A DNA stretch of 48,830 nt, counting the filler, from Jimgerdemannia flammicorona (lineage: Eukaryota): the NCBI GenBank assembly GCA_003990765.1. It is 2 parts of 2 records of this genome, joined end to end, with 100 filler letters (N's around TTAATTAATTAA, not from the genome) between each part and the next. Parts side by side here need not be neighbours in the genome. Positions count along the whole stretch, not along the records: positions 24,469 to 48,830 come from RBNJ01000985.1; 1 more part is not named here. The stretch is one strand, 5' to 3'. The position numbers and the translations under genes were made by a program. This document shows, piece by piece, positions 36,970 through 48,830 of the stretch. The first letter of the stretch is position 1. Each line of letters opens with the position of its first letter. The notes beneath the pieces are model-generated. The model saw nothing but the letters and a program-made list of their open reading frames with translations, was not told where the DNA came from and did no database searches.

Positions 36970-38235
36970 ATGGTTTATAAGAAGTATGTTTTGCTCTCTT
37001 CACTGCCCACTGTCCCTGCATTCTGAGCGACATAACTAACATGTTCTACATTTTTTATATGTTTATTACTTCACAGAACTATCCCTGCTCAGGCCTCAGG
37101 GTGTCCTGGCCGAGATACACTTTTGTCGATCTTCTAAACATGGCGGCGGTAAGTGCAGCTTATTTTGATTGGCAATACACAGGACCTCTACATATCGTGC
37201 TGGCCTTATAATAATTTCATTAATTGATATGTTTATAGATCAATATGCACCGCGTTCAACAAACAGAGCCGCCCCGCCTCCAGCCGATGTCTCCTGGCCG
37301 GCTGCCGTACGGCCTGACACCACTAGCCGACCGAGATGCCGGCCGATACGAGCATCCCTACCACCACTGGCCTGAGAAAGAGGGTTTATGCTGTCGGTCG
37401 AACCGCCGTGCGAAGCTAGCACCGCCGGCATTCCAAGAGAGAGCCCAACGCCAAAGGGCCAGCAGCGGCGCCCACTCCGGCCGCTACCAGGAGCCTTGGC
37501 GTGGGAGGTAGGAAACGCAAAACCGGCGAACGGGCCGCCGCGAAAGAGGCGACGAGGACGACGGTCACACATGAAGGGAATAAGAGGGTTACCGTCGAGC
37601 GCCGATGTGGGCAGCTGCTTGTCCACGTTTCCATTCTGCCGAGGAGGGAGGTCGCGCGGGAGAAGGGGAATGCGAAGAGGGCGCGCGAGGCCCGGGTGAT
37701 GAATGTGTGCGGAGGGGCCAGGGCCTCGTCCTCGTCAAGAAGAGGAAGGTCATTGGCAAGGAGAAAGAGCGCAATGAACGCGATAGAAGCAGGAGCGCGA
37801 TAAGGAAAGGCAGGAGCGCGAGAAGCGGGGACACGAGCAGCGATGGCATGCGACGATGGCGAGGCAGCGGGAGATCGAGGCAGGCGGGCCGAGGTACGAG
37901 CCGCACGAGAGCTGGATTATGTGAGTATCTTTTTGTTATGTGATATCATAATTCCGAAGCAACATTTATAATGCATATGTTGCCACTAATTAGTAGGCCC
38001 AGCCCGACCTCGATATGGGGGCATAGGCCCGTATCATGGCCGTATTGGAAAGAGAGATAGTGAAGGATGCCGCCTCCCGCCAGGAGGTATTGGCATACCC
38101 AAGTTATGCGAGAAGAAATATGTTCAAGGTATGGATCTCTTTCAAATAGGAAAATCTTACTAATGTATTCATCCGTTTGTCGTCATTAATTTTTAGGTCG
38201 ATTTGCAACTATGCGGCGGCAGGATTATTCGCTGA
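36970..38235 (+). pseudogene. Intron-containing, frameshifted gene relic encoding a charged low-complexity protein
   Basis: ATG at 36970. Canonical donors GTATGT (36984), GTAAGT (37149), GTGAGT (37921); acceptors at 37076 and 37238. The charged segments LVLVKKRKVIGKEKERNERD and ERDKERQEREKRGHEQRW fall in different frames. Confidence 0.45.
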
Positions 38236-41200
38236 CAATCGGATTGCACAATGTAGCGAGTTGGCCTTTTTTTATTTTATTATTATTATTATTATTATTA
38301 TTTATATGGTTATGTGCTTCTGCTTCTTCTGCTGCTTCTGCTATTTCGCCATTCGCATTACAAACATTGGTTGCAAAACACCTTTTGTTTTTTTGTTCAT
38401 TTCGTTTTTCTTTTTTGCCATCGGTATAATATGCTTGAACACTGTGTACAAGAATTTTTTTGTACGTTTTTTTGTTTGTTTCCCACCACGCAGGCCCTAC
38501 TGAACTCATGCGAAACTCCGTGTATTTCAACGCGGTGCAGAACCCTGGCGCAAGTCACTGACGGACACAAAAAGACCTCAAATGACCCCAAAGGTCTGCG
38601 ATGACCTAGCTACCGTGGTGCTCGAGCCAGCCATGTCGCTTAGGATTGACGTATGATAAAGGCTGCCTTTGAGAAGATAGCAGAACAGGAGGCTGATGGG
38701 TATGGATATTACGTCGGTCCGGTTAAATAGAGGGTTGTGCGTTGTACAATTGATGGGTCCGGTTTTGGGCTCGGACTGTTGTGTGCGGAGGAGGGCGCTA
38801 TTGAGCAGAGTCGCTGAGCTGCCGGGATTCAACATATTTGAGTGCGTCGGAAAGGGAAGCTATGCACTTTTGACGTAACAGCAACTCAATCGGAAATATC
38901 CATAATGAGGCGAAAAATTATGTGCTCTTCCCTTCCATGTGCGCGTGAGGTGACAGTAGTGAAAATAATGGACATTGTACGGCGATGATATTTTGTATAT
39001 AATTTCTGCCGTTTTGGCAGCGGTGGGACAGGGAGATATAGAGCAAGAATGCATTGAGCCAAAGTGATACGAGCAGGAAGGGTGCTCAAATCACTATCAA
39101 TGCCATGAACTTAAGTATATATGTCAAGAGCAGTCACGTTCAACTATTGCTCGCCGCCATTACCTGAAAAATCATAATGAGTCTAACAACCATTGGTTTG
39201 CGATATATTCAAGACATGCCATTTTCTATGCGGCCGAGATAAAGACTTCGGGTCTGCCAAAATAAATGGCAAGGTCAGAAAAAGGTGCCACAATTTGGCT
39301 TCTTTGCTGGCTCTTGGCGGAAACGGTGAGGCCCACTTTGAAACACAACACTGTATCCCGTGACTGAAAGCAAACGTTCGATGTGGTTTGGTCAGTGTCG
39401 GTGATACGGTAATAAACCATATTAAAAAGATGATCTGAGGGCTGTAATCGCGTTTTGTAGAGAAACAAGAAATTATTCCTCCTCATTAGCCAAAATCGAG
39501 GAAATTTTGTGCACTGTAACCGAAAATGATATACTAAATGTTGCTGCTGGCGAGGTATGGTCGTTGTTTGTTTGGGTGCAATTGATTATGGAATAGTGAT
39601 CCGCCAAGATTTATACGCAACAGCGGACTATTATATTTGAAGTGGTGAGGTTGTGACCATACGTCATCAATAATAGTAGTGAAACATGTAAAACTATGCG
39701 AGTTATTACGCCACCATTGTTCTCAATGAAGGCGAGTCGGTCGTTGCTACCCGGTTGGAGCGTTTGTCCGCGTCGCGAGTAAGCGAGAACAGTGAGTGAC
39801 AATATGGTACAGAAAGGAAGGTAACCATTGTTTCACCGGTCACCTATTTTGCTTTCTTATGCTCCAATTTGGGGGATTGTGAGGTAGGAACAATCATTTT
39901 ATTTTAGACTTTTAGGAAATGAGTGTGCCAAGAGCCAAAGGCTTGGCGGTGTTTTCGCTTCCTTCCGTTTTCACGAGAGCTCCGCACAATATCCAAACGC
40001 TCGACCACCGCTGACGCTACTCTGTTTCCACAATTTTCACAACCAATGAGCCAAGGCCCTCACCATAGCACCAACCACCGATGACTGACAGCAGAGAATA
40101 TTTCTTGATGAGGTCCTTACCACCCGTGCACTCATTCTAATGACTGCCCACCCACCATTCCCAGACCTCTGCAACCGCGTCCTCTCCGGTCACCTCTGTC
40201 CTTACTCTACTGTCCCATCGCAGAACGAGACCCACATGTACTCCATGATGCCATCATCCCAAGTCCTAGCATGACCATCGTTCCGCAGACTCCATTAACG
40301 TAATGCAGTCAGCGCACACACTCAGGATGCCCTTGCCGCTGCAACTTTCCACGCCATCACTACATCTCTCTTCTTCCACTGTCGCCACTCAAACTAAATA
40401 TCGACGGCATGAGAATTTCGCTCAGGTTCGCTGGCTTTCTACTCGCATTGCGGTGGAGCGTCTGTCAGTGAAAGCTGTCAAGGGTTGAAAAATAATGTTA
40501 CATAACGGTAGGAATCTTGGGGTTATATTTTTTATATGATAAAAAATGAAGGTCGTGGTATTTCGGAGTCGATCCTACTATGTCAATATGTTCTTACCAA
40601 TGCATCAATACTCTCCATTTCACCCCTTTCCCAGACAACGTAGTCCCCGTTTATACTCTCAAAACGAGCGCTGTCACCTCATGATTACTTTCGAGGTGCC
40701 GGCTGCACTTCGTAACTGCGAGATCAATGAAGCAAAGATGGAGGGGACGTAAGTTGATAAGGATATTGGGATGGATTCTGGATAGAAAGGTGATATGGGC
40801 GAGTTATATATATCACCCGATGGAAGAACAATGGCACCATCCACTATTTCTAGTTATCGGACCATTGCGAGGTCCCACTTCACACGGGGAAGTAATATTG
40901 ATGTCATGGCCATCACAGGTGGAGAATAGGTTCAAGATGTCATTAGGTGATGATCGGGTTCCAGGTTAATAATGTTGTGCACATGTAGCAATAGAAGGAT
41001 TGTGTATTTGATGATTTATATTGCTTCGAAATTTTCTTTTTCAAAACAATAGTGATGAGAAACAATATATTAAATGTGAATATTGCTAAACCATTAATGG
41101 TGATGAAAAATATCGAACCTTTAGTAATGCTACTAAATTGCAAACAGATTTTGTTATGTCTGGGTGGTTGGGTGTTCAGGATCAATCAGTAGCTACTCAC

Positions 41201-41883
41201 TACTTTTACAAAGGCCTCAGCTACTGTTCCAATGAATGTTTAAAGTAGATTCAGTTCAATTGTGCAATATTCTTATATCCTTCTAGGATAAGCCAAATCT
41301 CCAATAACCATTCATAATACCAGTTAAATTCAGAGCAAATATTGTACAAAGGATTTTTGGCTTTATCCAAGTCAAATTTGACCAGAACTGATACATTTGG
41401 AGCAAGTATCAGTGATGTATTCTGACCAATATAATGAATGTTGTTATTAAAAATAGAATTGATAACATTTTATTATATATATTATGAGTAGCACCTTCTA
41501 GTAGCTGATGGAAAGATTGCTACTATATGGCCAGAGTTCTATAAAGCAACTTTATAGAATTCAAGATATATATATTATAAAATTATCATTATACATAACT
41601 AGTTATTTCAAATTAACTAATTGTAAGTCAGAAGGAAAAATAAGTATTGATTGTCTGTATTAATTTTTGTTACAAATATTTTTTAAGTATATATATTAAA
41701 ATAAAGCTCTTTTTTTATTATTATTATATATATATTAACTTTTAGTTGATTGTTATATAATTAATTTAGCATATAGTTATAGTCTTCACTTTTTTTTTTT
41801 TTTTTTTTTTATACAGGATCAGGATGATTGGCCCATTAGATAAGTTTAGTCCAGTTTCATAATAGGACTGAACCAAACCATAG

Positions 41884-43273
41884 TGTGACAAACTAAGATA
41901 TACTGTCTGAATTTTACCTTAAATTAGATAATGCAAATAATTAGCCAAGATGATATGAACACATAGCATAGTAACTAGCAACCATTACTGCAGAACCCAT
42001 ATAATTAGCCAGACATACCATAAAGGGTCTATTTATCTGTACAGACTCTGTATACCATATAGACTCTGTATACTGTATAGGCCCTATATACTATACAGAC
42101 TCTGTACATCCACCATAAGTAGCAGATCTATAGTTAGCCACATAGCAATCAGATAGCAACCAACTTGTATAAATTACCCTAGAGACAAGAGTGAATAAAC
42201 CTCAGTCTGAATTGAAGTACAAACCAAAAAAGCCTCTAAAGATTGAGCATTGGTCCCCTTATTCTCACTCTGGTCTACTTTCTGATATAAAGCTTGAAGA
42301 TTTTGCCACCAAGTTCAAGTGAAGAACTTCACTGCCTTTGGAACTATTGGTTTGTTTGTCAGATAAGCCTAAAGATTTCTGCCACCTAAGAGAAAGCCAT
42401 CTTGCACAAGCTAGTTTCTGATGTGACTTTGCAGTGATCTGTTTGCACAAATAAAGCCAGTCTTTGACACAACTTTGCCAAGAGACCCTTTCTAAGCCAC
42501 CATCTCATTTTCCAGTTGAAGTCACTCTTTTTCAAGAAGTCTGCTAATTCAAAAGAATCCATGCCATCTAAGTAGTATTCCTAGTTGATGCCAAATCTGC
42601 ATCATCCACCATTTCTAAGTTATCTACTACATTCTCAGTTGAAGCTGCCGATTCAGAAGAATCCACACCATTGTATTCCTAGAAGAGCCTGCTGATTCAG
42701 GAAGAATCTGCACTACCTGAGTTATTTCCCAGAGAGCTGTCGATTTAAGGAGAATCTACAATATCTGAGTTATTCATTGTTCTCAGTAAGCCTGAGAAGA
42801 ACCTGCCACCAGTATAATTCTCAGTAAGAAGAACCCATGCTATCCTCCATTTCCAGTGAGCCAAATTGAGTCATCCATCAGAAATTGTATACTTTTAGAG
42901 ATCATTGTGCTACACAGAGATCATCGCACTATACAAGAGATCACTATACAGAAATCACATACTTTTGGAGACCATCATCACCCAGGAAGGAAATTGTCCA
43001 TACTATATACGAAATTCTACCAATTCCCAGTTGATCCAAGAAGGAAACCCATTCACACAAATTGCTACTACACCCAGAGAACCATTCCAATAAGGAAATT
43101 ACCAGAATTGCTTACAGATATCCAGCTTTGACTATTATATCACTAAACACCAACAAGGACCTCAGGAATCTTAGAACATTTTGTTGCTTTTTGACAAAGT
43201 AACTGGGGGCTCAAGCCAAACTACATCAACCCCCAACCTTATAATTTGCCTCCATTGAGCCAGGCATGTTATA
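41884..43273 (+). repeat. 5' LTR (~1390 bp) of the Ty3/Gypsy element
   Basis: Starts TGTGACA and ends TGTTATA (mutated ..ACA; the sister LTR ends TTACA). TATAAA at ~42168, AATAAA at ~42194; PBS follows 2 nt after the end. Confidence 0.8.
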
Positions 43274-43275
43274 TT

Positions 43276-43293
43276 TGGGGGCTCAACTGGGAA
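43276..43293 (+). promoter_or_regulatory. Primer binding site, tRNA-Pro type
   Basis: TGGGGGCTCAACTGGGAA versus the retroviral Pro PBS TGGGGGCTCGTCCGGGAT; two of the differences are CpG-decay changes. Confidence 0.7.
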
Positions 43294-43304
43294 GATTTTA
43301 AAAT

Positions 43305-46300
43305 TGATATAGCTTTTTAGCTCACAAGAACCTATAGTCAAACTGGATACATTTGATGCAACACCAACTTCTGCCACTACAGGAGAACCAGTTATCACCA
43401 GTATCTGGACAGAAAGAGAAGTAATCTCATCAAGACTTACTAACTACCCAGTATCAGAAGGATCCCAACCAGAACCAGAAGGCAGTACAGCCCGAAATCC
43501 CCAACCAGATCAATCAGACAATACAGGCAGCCCTGCTAGAGATTTCAAAGAACTTGCATAAGAACTAGAAGATCTTATCACACAAATCCAAGACTTTACA
43601 GCCAGATGCCCCATACCAGTCCCACTAATCTCACTAATAGAACATTTACCACAACCCCTTACAGAGTTGGAAGTAGCTCCTATGAGAATACATAGGCTTA
43701 TTCCACTTCATCCAAGGTCTAGATGAAAGAAAAATCGCCATCTACAAGGCTCAGCTCAGAGAACCAGCCAGAGGAATTTTTCATTAAATAGCAAACAACC
43801 CAGATTCAGAATTAGTGAGACAGATATAAGCAGCAATGTCTTATGAGTTAGAATATGATACCATGGTCTACTGGCTCATTAAAAAGTATGTAGGAAATGA
43901 ACCCTACCTTAAGGCTCAGGAATCCATCATGGGGATGAAGATGAATCTTGGAGAATCACCCAGAGCCTTCTTCATAAGAATCTAGAAGAGAATGCATGCT
44001 GCCAGGTTCAATGCCATCAACCAGGACATTATTGGTCCAATGATCTTAATGAATGGAATTCCCCCAAACATTGCCCAGCATGTTCACACCCTAGGCATCA
44101 GAAGGTCTGAAGAGCAAGTAGATGCAGTCCAAGAATTCTTTGATGTCAGACAAGAAACTACCTGGAGTGATCATGGCAGAAAAGAAGAGAAAGAAGATAT
44201 CCTGATCAAAGCACTACAAGGACTCCTTCAAGGACAAGAAAAATCCAAAGAAAGAAGGCCAGCCAAGAAAGAAAGGAAGGACAGAAGTAAAATCTGAGAC
44301 CTTAGCTCTAAGTTGGACTGATTGGTTGGGCAGATTGAAAAACTCACTATACATGACAATCAGAGCTACCAAGATAACAAAGGATATCCACCACAGAGGA
44401 GCCAAGGTTATCCACTAAGAGATAACAGAAATTACAAATAAGAAGAAAGAAGATATCCTGTTCGAGACAGAGCCCAAGTACAATGCTTCTACTGTAGACA
44501 ATTTGGACACTATACTACTGAATGTGGTAACAAAAGAAGTAACCAAAGGGACTCAGAATCATCAAACTAAAGGAATGACATCCAGTATAAAAAGACTGAA
44601 GCTCATCCTATTGAAGATTTTGAGGAGGTAAGTAACAGTGAAGACTACAGTGACCTGGACTTGTACCCTACTAAGGTTACCACTCAGAAAACAGTCTACC
44701 CAGCAGAGAAGGGGAAGAGACCTGTAGGAAGACCATCCAGGAACATCAGCAGAAGAATTATTCAAGAGGAGGACAAAGAACATAAAGAGGAACAGGTAGA
44801 AATACCTCTCTGAACCCCCTCACCTTTCGTCCCTGAGACAAATGAGTTATCACCAGAAGATGAAGAAATGGAACAAGAAGAACAGGAACCTGCTGCTTCA
44901 AAGTCTAAGAAGAAGTACACCCTGAAGACCATGCCTAGAGACATTTACAATGAAGCCTGGCAGAAGATTTAAGAGGCCAAGATGGAAGTCCCTCTCCTGC
45001 AGTTCCTGCAACTGATACCAGCTGGAGTCCAAAACAAATTGCTGAGAACCACCAGATCTAGCACTGGCCAAGTTCCAATCCTACAGCAAGAACCAGCTCC
45101 CATCTCTGTCCAAGTAGCTGAAAGATATGTCAGCACCTACCTATATAGAGATATTGGAGGACAAAAGGCAAAGATCCTCATAGACACAGGAGCAGCTATC
45201 TGCGTCATTGCCAAACAGTTCCTGAATACCCTTCAATGGCCCATTGATGGACCATCCAATCTCAGTATCATAGTAGCAGATGGAGCCCAGACTCAACTCC
45301 TTGGAGAAGTATGAAATATTACTATTTCCCTTGGACACATTCAGTTCTCCATCCCCAAAGCTGTTGTCACAGAAGCTGTCACCTATGACATGATTCTTGG
45401 TACCAACTGGATGAAGGAAATGAATACAGTTGTAGATATCAGGCAACAATTACTCAAGTTTGACTACTGAGGCAAGAAGTACAGAGTTAAGATAACTAGT
45501 TATGAGCAATCAAAGAAGAAGAAGAAGGTCACTATCCAGGAGAAATATGCTAGCAGTGAAGAATCTACTATAGAAGAGGAAGAAGAATCTGAAGATGGAA
45601 ATGATCCCAGACTCAACCCCTGAATTAATCTGGTGGATGACAGACCAGAAGACAATGCATGGGCCAAGAACACCATCCCTATCACCATTGGAGCTATTGC
45701 AGGAGAAGCCAAAGGATGCCCTATCTGCCTCAAGAGACACAAGTGTCCTGAGCACTCCTCCAAGATCATGGGAATGAGGAAATCGCCTGGCACAGCCTGC
45801 CCAGAGTACAGAAAGAAAAAGAAGAAATGCAGACATATTCCAGAAACACCTGCAACCAAAGCTGCAGAAGTACAAGTAAGAATCATCTAAGGAAGAAGAA
45901 ACTTCTGACCAAGAAGTTTCTGAACAAGAAGCACTCAAGGAGAAAGAAGTCTCTGAACTCATTCCCTGGGATGACCCTCAATGGACACCACCCAAGGACA
46001 ATGACCCTTGGAATATGGAAGAAGGACCCAGTGCAATCACCATTATCCCCAAGAAAGAAACTCACCAAGAGAAGGCTTTTTGGCTTAGAAGATGTCCACA
46101 GTGAATGGTCTTCTACTCTCTCTGAGACTACTGCTATCAGTGTCATCTGTTGGACCAATAAGAAAGATAGAGACCCCAGAGACCAGAACCCCCAACTATA
46201 CTTGCACAGTCAACCATCTTTCAAGAAGTTACCACAAAGTTATAAAGTTGATTTAGAGGACAAGGCTTCTTCACCCAAACAGAAATATACCTCTTATCTA

Positions 46301-48806
46301 CCCTTCCCCCAACTTATGATCAAGATGAGAGCCAATTCCCAAGACAACAAGAGATCAATAATCAGGAACATCATTTCCAAGCAATGGGATATTGCAACCA
46401 TAGAAGACACCCAGATTGCTGAGATTGTAGGCATTAGAAGATCCATCTCAGTCATGATGTTGTAGTCCATGCCTTGAAGAGAGGAGATAACTGAAGCCAG
46501 ATCTGAAAAAGCCAGACCAAGAAGCCAGGAAGAAGAATCCTCAAGATCTACAATTTGGGAGAAGACATCCTAGCTCTTATCAGATATGCAACCTGCCAAG
46601 GATGGGCAGAAGATGCTGCCAACTTCATGGAAGCCCTAGACCCTACAGGAAGAAGGGGAATCAACTATCTTTGAGACCCCTCTACTGGAGCCAGATGGCC
46701 ACACCTCAACCTTAGAGCTTGGAGGCTCTCTGCTAGTGGAGCTTCAGCCTTAGGAAAGCCCAAACTCAGTAAGGATATTGCTCAGTATGTCCTGCTGCAC
46801 CCCAAGGCCAAACCCCTGACCAAAGCCCACCCAGAAGATATAGGGTATGATCTTCACAGTCTGGAGGATGAATCTATCAAACCTGGAAAAACCTTCATGA
46901 TCAGAACTGGATTAGCCATGCAGCTACCCCAAGGATCTTATATCCAACTGACCTCAAGGTCCAGACTTACCAGACAAGGAATAACTGTGAAAGGAGGAAC
47001 CATTGACACAGGATATATAGGCGAAATTAAGATTATTTTACACAATAGCAGTGCAGAATGGCACTGAATTATTAGAGGACAGAAGATTGCCTATGTAGTC
47101 TTCATGAAGGTCAGAACTCCACAGTTACAAGAAGTCTCTGAACTAATTGAAGGGACAAGACAAGCCAAGGGATTTGGAAGTTCAGACAGAAAGGAAGTAC
47201 ATCTCCTTCAAGTCAACCACCTCAAGAGGGATATTCCCCAGCAAGTATATCAGCAATCAGTCAGACTGCACAAGAATCTTATCCTGGAGCCTGGAGAACA
47301 AACTACCTTTGAAATCTTTGCACCACCCAACCCCAGGAACCTTTTCTTTGAATTCAAGAAAGATATCCCACACCTGGATATAGAGGGACACACATTCCCT
47401 GACAAGATAAATCCAGTACACTCCTGAGTGACCAACCAAAGTTGGGAGACCATCATCCTGCTGAAAGGAACCATCATAGGACATCTGGTACCTTTTCTCA
47501 ACCGAACTCATAGAGAAGTTTATGAACTAAACCTATTGGGAAATAGCAAAAGGTCTCAGAAGAAAGGAAAGGCCCCTCTGTGATCCAGGAGACAGTGAAG
47601 TCTTCCACTAACATTGGAGAAGAATTGACACCTCAACAACAGCAACAACTAGTAGAACTTCCCAACAAATATTAAGATATCTTCACTACCAATTATGGCA
47701 ACCTGCCATACAATCCATCATATCACTACAGCATAAATACAGGAAATGCAACACCCATCCAGCAGAAATCCTATAGAATACCCCATCACTTAAAAACATT
47801 CAAAAAGGAGCACATTCAAGAAATCTTAGACAATGGGGTCATCTGACCCTCTACCAGCCCCTGAGCCAGCCCTATACTTATTGTACCAAAGAAAGGAGGA
47901 TGAAGACTCTGCATGGATTACAGGAAACTCAATTCAGTTACTGAAAAGAATGCCTATCCTCTGCCCAAAATTGATGACCTCTTGGATCAGTTATAAGATA
48001 CCAGATACTTCAGCAGTATGGACCTCTTCACAGAATTCCATGGGATCTCCATGGACTCCAAGGACATTCAAAAGACAGCCTTCCTTGCTCTAGGAAAACT
48101 GTTTGAGTATCTCTGAATGCCCTTTAGACTTTGCAATATACCCCCCACCTTCCAGAGGATGATGAATTCAGTCTATGCCCCCTTGATCTACTACTGTCTG
48201 ATTGTATATATGGATGATTCCAACATCTATTCAGTAAATTTTAAAGAACACCTACACCACCTAGAGGAATTCTTCAAACTCACCTACAAGAACCACTTGA
48301 GACTGAATACAAAGAAATGCTACTTTGGGAAACAAAAACTTGAATTCTGTAGATTTAGTCTCGAAAGAAGGAACCCATGCAGACCCAAAGAAAACTGAGA
48401 AGATCAACAATTGGCCAGTATCCAAAACCCCAAAGGAAACACATTATTTCTGATGCTAGTATCCTACTACAGAAGGTTTATCAAAGACTTTGCCCAAATT
48501 GCTGCCCCAATCCGAATCCTTCTCAAGAAAGGAGTACCATTCAAATGGACAGAAACACAAGAAAAAGCCTTCAAAGAACTCAAGAACTGCATGACTACAG
48601 CACTGATCCTTGTGCACCCCAATCTACAGAAGCCATTCATCTTATATATAGATGCTTCTAAAGATGGCCTCGGGGCAGTTCTAGTCTAAGAAGGACCCAA
48701 TCAACAGCACCATGTGATAGCTTATACAAGCAGAGCTACCAATCAGCAGCAGATGAACTATAGTAGCACCAAACTAGAATGCCTTACAGTCATATGGGCA
48801 CTATGT
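43305..48806 (+). mobile_element. Ty3/Gypsy internal region (pseudogenised): Gag-CCHC, aspartic protease, Cys/His-rich insert, dUTPase, RT, RNase H; runs off the window
   Basis: CFYCRQFGHYTTEC (44484-44525); ILIDTGAAICVI (DTG at 45183) with DMILGTNW; RT motifs [42 protein letters not shown]; RNase H motifs FILYIDASKDGLGAVL and NYSSTKLECL. Confidence 0.95.
46780..47190 (+). pseudogene. dut: Retroelement-encoded trimeric dUTPase domain
   Basis: All five motifs are recognisable: IGYDL, TSRSRL, GGTIDTGYIGEIKI, GQKIAY (normally RIAQ) and TRQAKGFGSSD; one in-frame stop. Confidence 0.92.
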
Positions 48807-48830
48807 TTTTTTTTTTTTTTTTTTTTTTTT

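Noticed and set aside
33089..43273. The two related LTRs as the ends of one element
   Set aside because: The left one is a 3' LTR (after integrase and PPT) and the right one is a 5' LTR (before PBS and gag); their U3 regions and lengths differ, so they belong to separate insertions.

Overview
Eukaryotic, intron-containing fungal-type DNA. Gene content (Lines homolog, membrane-anchored UGT, orphan HEXXH protein) and homopolymer-rich introns suggest an early-diverging fungus such as Mucoromycota/Endogonales (inference). Four compartments are visible. (1) 1-16 kb is CpG-rich and genic: a hypothetical protein, a UDP-glycosyltransferase, a secreted LysM protein, a Lines/LINS1 homolog and a secreted HEXXH metalloprotease-like gene. 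(2) 16-35.4 kb is a nested transposon graveyard: PIF/Harbinger, two copies of one L1/Tx1-like LINE, LTRs, hAT foldback MITEs and the 3' end of a Ty3/Gypsy; it includes a 100-nt assembly gap with an artificial linker. (3) 35.4-41.1 kb is CpG-rich with only broken gene-like sequence. (4) 41.9 kb to the end is a Ty3/Gypsy element. Top observations: a RIP-like CpA->TpA mutation signature layered on CpG loss in the TEs; a Gypsy element with Gag-PR-(Cys/His insert)-dUTPase followed by a probable -1 frameshift into RT; and an LTR-like unit carrying its own ~370-codon orphan ORF in U3. All translations and alignments were done by eye; exon boundaries are approximate.
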